Positions 52,414-62,515 of a stretch of 64,000 nt of DNA are shown here, piece by piece; position 1 is the stretch's first letter, and each line of letters begins with the position of its first letter. A model generated the notes under the pieces. It made no database searches and had not been told where the DNA came from. It saw only the letters and a program-made list of their open reading frames with translations. Source of the stretch: Sphaerodactylus townsendi (lineage: Eukaryota); contig NC_059425.1 in the NCBI RefSeq assembly GCF_021028975.2, positions 156,240,001 to 156,304,000 of the forward strand, in the 5' to 3' direction. Both the position numbers and the translations under genes were made by a program.

Positions 52414-53132
52414 GTATACACATTAAACAGGCTAGGTTAAAGATCATTTTTTAAAATCTGAATTTCAAATCTGAGACATTTGCAGTGCCTCCTAACCTCT
52501 GCAACATCCTACCACTCTATAGTATAGCAACGTGACAGCTAACGTGTCACCTCAGGGTAACAGATAAAGCTACTAACCAGGAATTCCCGCAGTGCACATT
52601 TCTACTATACTTGAACATAGTCATGGTCTTAGTGTTCCCAGGTTGAAACACATGGTGATTAGTGGCTGTTGGCAATCAGAACTGCTGAGAATAGGGAAAG
52701 GAACCCCAAAAATCTGTTCAGAGGTTTTTTTCTTTTTTCTTTGATGAATGGAAACTGAACCTAAGTCTCTCAGTTGCTTTGAGCTTGAACTGAAATTGAA
52801 CTTTTAAGCACAAAAGTAGCAACTGACTCAAGGATTCAGTAGTCAAGTACTGAGGAAATTCTTCCGACAAAAGGATTAATGTCTGGTCTAGCAACTATTT
52901 GGAGAAACCTGACAAGGGGAGCAGGAATGACTAGTAGGCAAGGTCTAGCTAACGCACAAAGTGTAACACACACAAAAAGCCTCAGTATGGTAGGTTCTTG
53001 AATTACAAGTAGAGACGTTTTTGTTTCATTGCAGTTTCTCCTGATTCCCACAGTGCCAAAAATAAACAGGGCAGTTACTTTTCTGTCTTTTTTTTTTAAG
53101 TTAGTGGAGATTCTTGAAAGAAAAGCTATCGT

Positions 53133-53430
53133 GAGCAGCAGTAGCGTAGAAGGTTAAGAGCTCGTATATCTAATCTGGAGGAACCGGGTTTGATTCCCAG
53201 CTCTGCCGCCTGAGCTGTGGAGGCTTATCTGGGGAATTCAGATTAGCCTGTACACTCCCACACACGCCAGCTGGGTGACCTTGGGCTAGTCACAGCTTCT
53301 CAGAGCTCTCTCAGCCCCACCTACCTCACAGGGTGTTTGTTGTGAGGGGGGAAGGACAAGGAGATTGTAAGCCCCTTTGAGTCTCCTGCAGGAGAGAAAG
53401 GGGGGATATAAATCCAAACTCTTCTTCTTC
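53133..53430 (+). mobile_element. Squam3-type SINE, full length
   Basis: A/B boxes, body and (CTT)n tail. Confidence 0.9.
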
Positions 53431-53668
53431 GTCCTAAGGAACTGGAATCAGGGGAGATTAAATTTAAAAAGAATAAACATTATGGGAACAGCAGGAAAGG
53501 GTACTTCAATATGGAAGGTGGAATAAGATGTTTCTTAACTACTCTAAGCAAATTAATCACTTTGTCCAAAACCTCCCTGAGTGTCTAGGTAATAATTTTC
53601 AGTTATCACCTCCCAGCACTATCTAAGAGGAGCCTTTCCTCTAGACTATATCCCCATTCAGGTGCTAA

Positions 53669-53809
53669 AGCTCATTCCGCACATGCAGAATAATGCACTT
53701 TCAAACTGCTTTCGGTGCTCTTTGAAGCTGTGCAGAATAGCAAAATCCACTTGCAAACAGTTGTGAAAGTGGTTTGAAAACGCATTATTTTGCATGTGCA
53801 GAAGGGGCC
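53669..53809 (+). mobile_element. ~140-bp Harbinger-type MITE
   Basis: TAA TSD on both sides; family consensus. Confidence 0.85.
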
Positions 53810-54107
53810 TAAGTTTGACTAAAGGTATGGAGGAGGGAAGCACCGCACATGATTCTCCTGATACACAACTGACAGTTTGTCTGAAAGAAGGAAAATCATC
53901 GTTCTGGAATGTGCATTCCAAAGTTGAAGTATAAGTTGCTGTCCCATTCAGACAAAATGGTCATTGAGTATAATGGCAGTATCACACCCAGATGTTCTCC
54001 TTGTACAGGCAGGCAGATGTAATGCCTGAATGAGGCTTATGATGACTGTGTGTTGCTTATTATGCTGGGCAGTGAGGTTGTAAATTCATGGTGTAAGAGC
54101 TTTTCTT

Positions 54108-54244
54108 CCTTCCGCACATGCAAAATAATGCATTTTCAAACCACTTTCACAACTGTTTGCAAGTGGATTTTGCTATTCCACACAGCTTCAAAGAGCACTG
54201 AAAGCAGTTTGAAAGTGCATTATTTTGCATGTGCGGAATGAGCC
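54108..54244 (-). mobile_element. ~140-bp Harbinger-type MITE, inverted orientation
   Basis: Reverse complement of the 53669 and 56483 copies. Confidence 0.85.
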
Positions 54245-54280
54245 TATGTAATATATATAATAACTGGTTCTGCTCCGCAC

Positions 54281-54547
54281 CCTACAGCGGTTGTACATGC
54301 TCCCCAGCCTTGCAGTTGTTGTGCTTACCACTATCACCTCTCTCTCTCCACCTCCAACTTCACCACTCGGCTGGTGTATACTGGAACCCATGGTAACCAT
54401 TGAGGAGGTGAGAGAGAGCAGCCAAAAGGCTAATAAACAATTCGGGACTATTTCCAACAGCGGAAACATTTTAACTTCTATCGCGTCACAAACGACTGCA
54501 CATAGATCTTTCAGTGGAAAGGGGTATGACAGGCTGCAATTTAAAAT
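54281..54547 (-). other. Candidate exon / alternative promoter-exon of a minus-strand host gene
   Basis: Non-repeat sequence keeping 8 CpGs in ~230 bp. Acceptors at 54547 and 54533; donors GTG|GTAAGC (54329) and AGG|GTGCGG (54281). Open frame MFPLLEIVPNCLLAFWLLSLTSSMVTMGSSIHQPSGEVGGGEREVIV. Confidence 0.4.
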
Positions 54548-54782
54548 CTGCAGTTAAGAACAGTTTGAAATCCTAACCTCAATAGGGAAAACAAGTAACA
54601 GGAACAGAACCAAAAAAACCCCACACACCCATATCAAGGCCATACCTGGGAAGAACAGCTCTAGGAATGCTGGGCGGATTTAATACATTTCACTTGCATG
54701 TTCTTATTGCTCTAAAAGTTGTTTCACAATCTATCTCCCTATATCACTATCACAGTCCCACGTTTAAACGTACAGGGATACT

Positions 54783-55003
54783 GTATTGTCGAAGGCTTTC
54801 ACGGTCGGAATCACTTGGGTGCTGTGTGGTTTCCGGGCTGTATGGCCGTGTTCTAGCAGCATTCTCTCCTGACGTTTCACCTGCATCTGTGGCTGGCATC
54901 TTCAGAGGATCCTCTGAAGATGCCAGCCACAGATGCAGGCGAAACGTCAGGAGAGAATGCTGCTAGAACACGGCCATACAGCCCAGAAACCACACAGCAC
55001 CCA
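54783..55003. mobile_element. Palindromic Penelope pseudo-LTR insertion (head-to-head arms)
   Basis: 94-bp arms 54816-54909 and 54910-55003, no spacer, 2 mismatches; 12-bp TSD TACAGGGATACT at 54771-54782 and 55004-55015. Confidence 0.9.
54910..54952 (+). ncRNA. Minimal type-I hammerhead ribozyme motif (mirror copy on the - strand at 54867-54909)
   Basis: Stem I TCCT/AGGA, core CTGAAGA (54914-54920), stem II GCC/GGC, GAAA (54941-54944), palindromic ACGT stem III, GTC cleavage triplet ending at 54948. Confidence 0.75.
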
Positions 55004-55697
55004 TACAGGGATACTAGTCGCATCTAGTCTACTCCAGGAATGAAGCCAATCCAGTACGCTTCTTTGAGAAATCTGAGCACAAACAGCATCAACCAACACT
55101 ACTTAAAGTACTAATTGAATTATGGCTGAAGAACCTGCTACACAATTTACCTTTTTTTCCTCAAGCACTGCAGATATCCTGCTTTTATTGCAGAAATTCA
55201 TTGCACTTATTCTTTGACTGAGCAGTTTCCTTCACCTTCTTGTTCTTCCTTTGCCATTAACCATGGAAAACTATTAACTCCCCTTCTCTAATTGTGCAAG
55301 GGCCTTGGCTTGCTGTGTGTATTACTTTACTGCAGCAAAAAGAGAGGTGTATAAAGTCACGATCAGCTGATATACTTGAGCACACACATTGCTTTAAGCA
55401 CATAAAAATATATGGAGCAAAACTAAGTTGAGGAAGATGAAGAAGCTGATTGTCATTATTATCATACATTTTTCTCACCAGTATACACTGGGGGGGGGGG
55501 GGGGAGAACCTTTTTAGAGCCTATAAATATTGCGGATTCTATTTCTTCCCATTCTAACATCTGCAGTTCACATTTATCAGCTTTTCCAAAAAAAAACAAC
55601 CCACCAATCCGCCCACCTCCCTCAATCAATCCAGCCTATAAGAAGAGTGGGAAGGCCCAAAGATTGACTGAGGAAGCTAATAATTTCCTTACAGGTA

Positions 55698-56480
55698 TGT
55701 GATATGCCCAACAATAGAAAAATGTCATATTAGAATTTCCCCTAATATAACAAAAGCGTTTCTTAGGCTGATAGTTATGTTATGGTTCAAAGTATGGTTT
55801 AAAACACCCTGAGTCATTCCGGCTTGAAGTAGGAAAGGGCGGGCCCAGAGCTTGACTAAGGGAATTGATCATTTCTTACATGCCCAAGTTAGAGAAAGGC
55901 CTGCAGCAGCTACAGCCACAGAAGAGCAGATGGGGGAAGAAGCAGTCCTGCACTTCTAATATTTTGGACTTTCCCCCGCTTCTTTTATTACCAGGCTTTG
56001 CTGGTATCTGTTATTGTTCTGAGTGCCTTTCCTGAAGTGCCTTTCCTGTATATCTGAGTTGTGCTATTGTCAGGAAGATTGTATCTAGGTGATTGAGATG
56101 CATTCCTAACTCAATGTAATTGCTATAAGATATATTAGCCAGTCTGTTATATGTTACCACTGCCATTCTGAGGCATTCTTTCCTTGAGCTTTACTTTATG
56201 GCTTCACAGACTGAGTGGATAACTAGGCTCTCTCCCCTAACACTTTGGTCTCATGAGAACTGGGATTGTTTCCATTATTTCATGGGGTGACTATCTCTAT
56301 CTGCCACCGAGCTTGGGGCACCTCAGTTCCAAACTAACTATTTCTCACATTTCTTGGGAAAATGGGAAGGAGGGCTGACGTTGGAACAAGAGGGATAGCA
56401 AAAGCCAGGTTCGCCAGAGTTGGCTTTGTCAAGCTGGGTGCTTCAACGCCTATCAATAAACACTTCTGATCAACATTACA
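55698..56480 (+). mobile_element. Probable solo LTR
   Basis: TGTGAT...ATTACA termini; AATAAA at 56455, 20 nt before the end. Confidence 0.5.
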
Positions 56481-56482
56481 GA

Positions 56483-56623
56483 GGCTCATTCCGCATATGC
56501 AGAATAAAGCACTTTCAAACTGCTTTCAGTGCTCTTTGAAGCTGTGCGGAATGGCAAAATCCACTTGCAAACAGTTGTGAAAGTGGTTTGAAAACACATT
56601 ATTTTGCATGTGCGGAAGGGGCC
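56483..56623 (+). mobile_element. ~140-bp Harbinger-type MITE
   Basis: Family consensus with TIRs. Confidence 0.85.
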
Positions 56624-57809
56624 ACAGTCTTATTGCTTCAAGATTTGAGACCTAACAGTTATATTCATAGCCACTATGATGTAATTTTAATTGTAGCTGT
56701 AAAGTTGTTGCATTCATATTATTATTTTTTTTACCATGAACGTTATTATCTTGTTGAAGCAATTTCACATTGGTTTAGCAAGCCACAGGGTACTGCCACT
56801 TTACAGATTTTAAATTTCCCCCCAAGTCTCCAATAGAGTTTTATGTAGCCAGGGATTTGCTAGGTTACACACAGAAGGCCATTATGCTCATGGCTACCAA
56901 GAACTGGCTTTTCACTTACATACAGCTTCCTCATGCATTAGAAACAAGTAGTGTTTATCCACCTGTTGCTCTTGAACACACACCTGCTATGACCCAATTA
57001 TACACCATCATATGTTCATCCTGTCCTCTACCCAAGGACCTCAGACCTCAGGTTTATGTTTTATTTTAGAAAATATTTAACCTACTTTTCCATAAAAATA
57101 TACAAAGTGGCTCACAATAAAAATGCCCAAGAACACAATAAATTAAAATTAAACAAAACATGCAATCACACAATCAAAGCCAGATTAAGAGTCTAAAACA
57201 GCATGAGTATTAACCACTGTCAAAGGCCTTCTGGAATACATTCCTGCAAGGAAGGAGACAAACCTGGAGGAGGGAATTCTGAATCTAAATGCAGCAGGTG
57301 AGAAAGTCTTTCCACAGTGCCTGCTAATCTAACTTCTGAAAAAGCAAGTTTCCACAGCAACACCTTCCTGATGACTTCAGAACCTAGGCTGATAGGATCC
57401 TTCAAGGTTTTCTCTTTTCTGTTTTATTCTGAAAAACCTTGTGAGGCAGGTTAGATTATGAACAGGCAACTGAGCCAAGGGAAGTTTCAAGGCTGGAAAG
57501 GTACACAAACCTTCTCCCCACTTCTCAACCTAGCTAACTAGTATGCCATAACCAGCTCTCTATTCACAGAAGAGGCATGTTTGTGATGGCTGAAGCTTTT
57601 GCTCAGTTATGATCTTATAATAGCTACTCTCCAATCTAGAGACCTATTGCTGCTGTTTTTATTTACCTGTTTTGTCCTATGTTTTGATGTTTTAGAGTTC
57701 AGATTTTGTTTATTATGATCTAATTAACATGATAAGCCATTCCTACCAATATTTTTGGAGAGTGCCAACAATTATTAGAAAAGATAAAATGTATATATAA
57801 CTGAGAGGG

Positions 57810-57980
57810 ACACTTTCCATTCCTAGAGATTTGAAGAAGAGAATGGATCTCTATGGCTTTATATCCCACTGAGTCTACACTCCAAAACAGCCTTTCTCCA
57901 AGGGAGCTGATCTCTGTAGACTGGAGATCAGGTGAAATTCCAGGACATCTCCAGGTCACACCTGGAGATTGGCAACTCTG
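57810..57980. mobile_element. Fragment of the abundant 'AGGGTTGCCA..TGGCAACCCT' repeat (hAT-like MITE family)
   Basis: ctggagatcag..ttggcaac motif recurs at ~32325-32525, 60955-61650 and 63830-64000. Confidence 0.5.
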
Positions 57981-59995
57981 ATATCCCTACTTCAGAAATA
58001 CTGTCACTGAATTAGAAAGCAGTAGCAAGCTAGCAGAATCTATAACATATCTCAGAGTGAAAAACCCCTCCTCTCCCCAACAGAATGTTTGTGTTTGTGA
58101 TTTTTGAGCATATCTGTTGGAGTTTCTGACTAAGCATGTTTTGATATAGTTAAATTAATTAAAAGGTCTCACATAGAAGCTGAAGAAATTCACATCTCCA
58201 AAATGAGATAATATTATTGCTCCAAAGCAATATATTGTAATTTTAAGTTAATTAGTACCTGTGTATTTGTGCTGATCATTTTTAAAAAAGAATTACTAGT
58301 TATTAGATTTTTTCAAACAACTGATCAAGTCTGACAGAGATCCAAGACTCACATTTGTTTTCCCTGTAATTCAGCAATTATCAAAGGGAAGGTTGGAACC
58401 TGTAAGTGGTTCACAGGAGACATGTTTCTTGGTAGCTGGGGAGGGGGGCAACTGTTGCTATGCTATCTGGAACAAAACAAAACGTTATTTATGTAGAGCT
58501 TCATCCTGCCCAGACAGACACAGCACCTGTGCATGGCAGAACCCCCTACAGTGCAAGACAGCACCCATTCTTTGACTAAGCTGAAAGATGGGATGGCAAA
58601 AGGAAATGCACACACGTTTTCCATACATTGCAACAGCCTAGTACATTAAGTGCCATGCTCATATTAAAAGACCAAGAATTAATGGCCACATACGCAATAC
58701 CAGGCAGAGAAAGGAACAGGACTGGTGTGTGTGTGTGTGTTTTGTTTTTAATAACAGCCCTGCTTTCCTCCCTAACTCTCATACTATGTGTGATCATTTA
58801 TGCTTAAGCTTGCCAAATAAGTATCAAATGTTATCATCTTTATTAAATTGAATAAGAGAACAGCAGGCTGAATATGCAGTCAAGAGTAAGATTCCAGGTT
58901 TTTAGTTGGTCTTTTCTTAAAACCAGAACAAGAGCAAGAGAGAATTTATAAAATTTAACCAAAGTTAAAAAATCAAATCATTATTTGCTCTTTCCATATC
59001 AACTTTTCCCGCACATTGGAGACGTCTTACAATGAGTATTTCTGACCACCCATCAGATGCCATTGCCTATAATCCTCCAAAAAAAAAAACAACTAGTGAA
59101 TATCAGCAGTATGAGACAATGTCTTTCACAACTGTAATGGTAGCCTGCCATGACTCCCTTTTTTTTCCTTGATGGCTGGAGGAACTGCAAAAGAGCATGA
59201 AGGGTCATCAGACTGTACTGCTAATGTAGGTGGACAACACTACCACAGACCTGCTCCAGAGGGTCACCCAGCGGGCATGTGTTGGAGTGCACAAGCTAAT
59301 CTGGTTCACAAGATAAGCCTCCTCAGCTCAAGTGGCAGAGCAGAGAATCAAACCCAGTTCTACAGATTAGAGTGCACCACTACACCACGCTGGCTCTCCT
59401 GACAGCTGATATATGGGAAATCTGCATTTACAATGAAGGAAAATGACAACAAAAGGTATTGTCCTGGACATTCCCATATTTTTAATAATATGGAAGAGTG
59501 GGAGAAAAAGAACCTACTGAATAATCACAGCAGAGATTCACTAAGAGAGACATGACTTGCATCTATCAGTACCAGCTATACCAGTTAAACTGTAGCCCAG
59601 TTGAATGGCTCTACCACATCCAGACCACAACCAGCCACAGGCTGAAACATTCTGCTTGGTATGTGTGCACTATGGAATACATTTTTTCACATATATGGGA
59701 ATTCCGCATTTACAATAAAGGAAAACCTGCATTTACAATGAAGGAACATCCCATGTTGTTTTGCTACCCCATTCATGATATCACAGCTCGCACACTGATC
59801 ACTCTTTGATCACCTTTTGGTCATTTTTAGCATGCATAAGTAGCAGATAACAGAGCAGCTAAAGAATGTTAAGACTTAGCTATTAGACCAATATTTAGAT
59901 ATTGGTCTAAATATTGTAAGATTATTCTCCCACCCCATTATTTCTTCTGCCTAATGCAAATCTTATCATTATCTGCTATGCTATAGACACATGGG

Positions 59996-60131
59996 NNNNN
60001 NNNNNNNNNNNNNNNNNNNNNNNNNNNNNNNNNNNNNNNNNNNNNNNNNNNNNNNNNNNNNNNNNNNNNNNNNNNNNNNNNNNNNNNNNNNNNNNNNNNN
60101 NNNNNNNNNNNNNNNNNNNNNNNNNNNNNNN
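59996..60131. other. Assembly gap (N run)
   Basis: N bases. Confidence 1.
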
Positions 60132-60669
60132 GAGCCCAAACTTTAATTTTAAGTATGTTTCTTCTTCCCAGGTTCAAAGAACTTCCTAATTTTCAATCAG
60201 CCATTGCAAGGTGCATAATACTGAACATATTCACAATGTTTCCTAAAATGTCTGAATGTTCAACACCCATTATTTCAATAATCCGTATAACAGTTCTGTA
60301 ATAGAAGTGGGCATTATCTGTTTTCTGTTTAGGGAAATGTAGGTACAATATTGTCCATGGTGGAAAATTCACTTAGCAAAGTAAGAGGGAGTGTAGGAAG
60401 ATATAGACATACCAGTAAAGCCAATGTTGAGCTACATCTAGGAAGCTAGATCATAAATGTATATAAAGAACTCAATAGCCACAGCATCTCTTAGTGATTC
60501 ACATGAACAAATACAACACTAGAGAACTTTCAGATCACCTCATCTGAAACAAAAACTTCTCACCATAGTCTCTTCACATATTCATGTGCAATTCAAACAT
60601 TTAAATAAACAAGGGTAGTATGTTTATATTTAAATCAACCCAGAAAAACTCAATTATCCAAAATAATTT

Positions 60670-60758
60670 AAGTACCTGTGAATCTAGTTACATTTCCAAA
60701 CCCAACTCTAGCAAGTACCTGTGAATCTAGTTACATTTCCAAACCCAACTCTAGCAAG
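60670..60758. repeat. Perfect 43-bp tandem duplication
   Basis: aagtacctgtgaatctagttacatttccaaacccaactctagc x2. Confidence 0.95.
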
Positions 60759-61678
60759 ACCCCAATGGTCTTGGTATCAAATTACATGTGAGAACTAACA
60801 GAAAGGCAGAAAATAGCCCTTAGATATTACATTTGCGCAGATTACATTCAACATAATACTTTAACTTCTTCCATCTAACCCACTGTGTTTATTAAGTCCA
60901 ACTAACAAGAGCTACCATGGTTTCTCAGACAAAGCTTATATATCTGGGGCCTGGTAGGGTTGCCAACCTCTAGGGTTGTCAGGTACCCACTGGCAACTAC
61001 TGGGGGTGGCAGATTTAACAGCACCAAACATATTTTTTCTTTTTTTTTGATGCAATGTAATCAGTCGATAGTGATAACATTGAAAACTTATGTAATATTT
61101 TAAGTCTAATAAAATAATTAAATTTGAAAAAACAGCACCAAAGAGTGGTCTAGGCTGGCAGTACAGGGATATCACATCCAGATTATACAGGAAATGTCAT
61201 CATATTACCAAAAAAAGAAGCAATACTCCTGTACTTGTCCAAAAACGTTATGGGAGACGTTATTATGACTACCAAGTTTTCACCAAAATGTATCCCTACA
61301 TGTTTCCATGTTACTGGAAGTGACATCAGTGTGTTGCCAGCAACATTGCCCAAATTCAACACTGGCCACAGCTGGTAAGTCCCGCACCAGCCAGCTGATT
61401 GGTGGTGGGAGAACAGGCCCCAGGGTAGGTGATCCCCACACCCCAGTGGAGGTCTGGGAAACCTACCAACTACAGATTGGAAAATTCGTGAAGATTTGGG
61501 AAGTAGCCTGAAGAGAGAATGGTTTGGGAAGGGATGTGGCCTCATTGGGGTATAATGCCACAGAGTCTGCCCCATGAAGCAGCAATTTTTCTGATCTCTA
61601 TAGTCTGGAGATCAGTTGTAAATCTGGGAAATATTTGGAGACTGGCAACCTAAAATAATCATACCCAGCAAAATAGTA

Positions 61679-61903
61679 CCCTATTTCCCCAAAAATAAGA
61701 CCTATCCTGAATATAAACCCAAGCATGATTTTTTTGGATTTTTGGAGGATGCTAAAAGAATGAGCCCTCGTTACAGATTCTCTGGTGCAGTTTATCTGGT
61801 CATGTGGGGGGCGCAAAACCATTGGGAAAAAAGAAGACATCCCTTGAAAATAAGCAAAAATTAATATAATATAAGACCCTGTCGTATTTTCAGGGAAACA
61901 CGG
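61679..61903. mobile_element. Tc1/mariner-pogo MITE
   Basis: TA|CCCTATTTCCCCAAAAATAAGAC ... TATTTTCAGGGAAACACGG|TA. Confidence 0.8.
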
Positions 61904-62279
61904 TATGTGAAAACAAACTACATTAATATTGTCCCAATAATCCCTCTTTTTCGAGAAAACAATACCCCACAAATGTCCAGTTTCAACAGGAATGGTATAT
62001 GGAAGGTTGCTTTTGTGACTGTTCCAAACAAGATCCTGAGACTTGCTAAACTCCAAGTACTACTAATAATTGTTGGGAGTACTACAACCAATTTTTATGT
62101 AGCTTTTACTGTGCAAAATCAAGTCAATGTGAAGCTGAAATTTAAGATTTTGATCAATTAAGATGGTTTGTTCCTGCTACTTTTCCTGAAGATTTGATAA
62201 CAATCTGGATATAACTTGGAAAAATAAAACATTCCCTAAGTCACTTCACTTTTTAACAACAGAACTGCAATCTCTGTGT

Positions 62280-62515
62280 GCGTATGGGATTCTGCCATCA
62301 AGTCACAGCTGATTTATGGCTACCCACAGGTTTTCAAGGCAAGAGTCATTCAGAGGTGGTTCACCATTGCCTGTCTCTGCATGAGCTGAAAGGGTTTTGA
62401 GAAAACTGAGTGACCCAAAGTCATCCAGCAGGTTACATGTGGAGGAGTGCGGAATCGAACCCGGTTCTCCAGATTAGAGTTCACTGCTCTTAACCACTAC
62501 ACCATACCAGCTCTC
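62280..62515 (-). mobile_element. Chimeric SINE: Squam3-like tRNA head/body with an RTE/BovB-type tail
   Basis: Head tggtgtagtggttaagagc..ggttcgattcc; tail ggcaatggtgaaccacctctgaa..cttgccttgaaaacc..ataaatcagctgtgacttgatggca. Confidence 0.7.

Noticed and set aside
10868-54547. Naming the host gene (considered MBD5, PEAK1 and FUT8-type genes with long multi-exon 5' UTRs) and joining the two candidate exons into one ORF
   Set aside because: I could not match the sequences or exon sizes with confidence. The donor phase at 54281/54329 does not continue into the open frame of the 10868-10964 block
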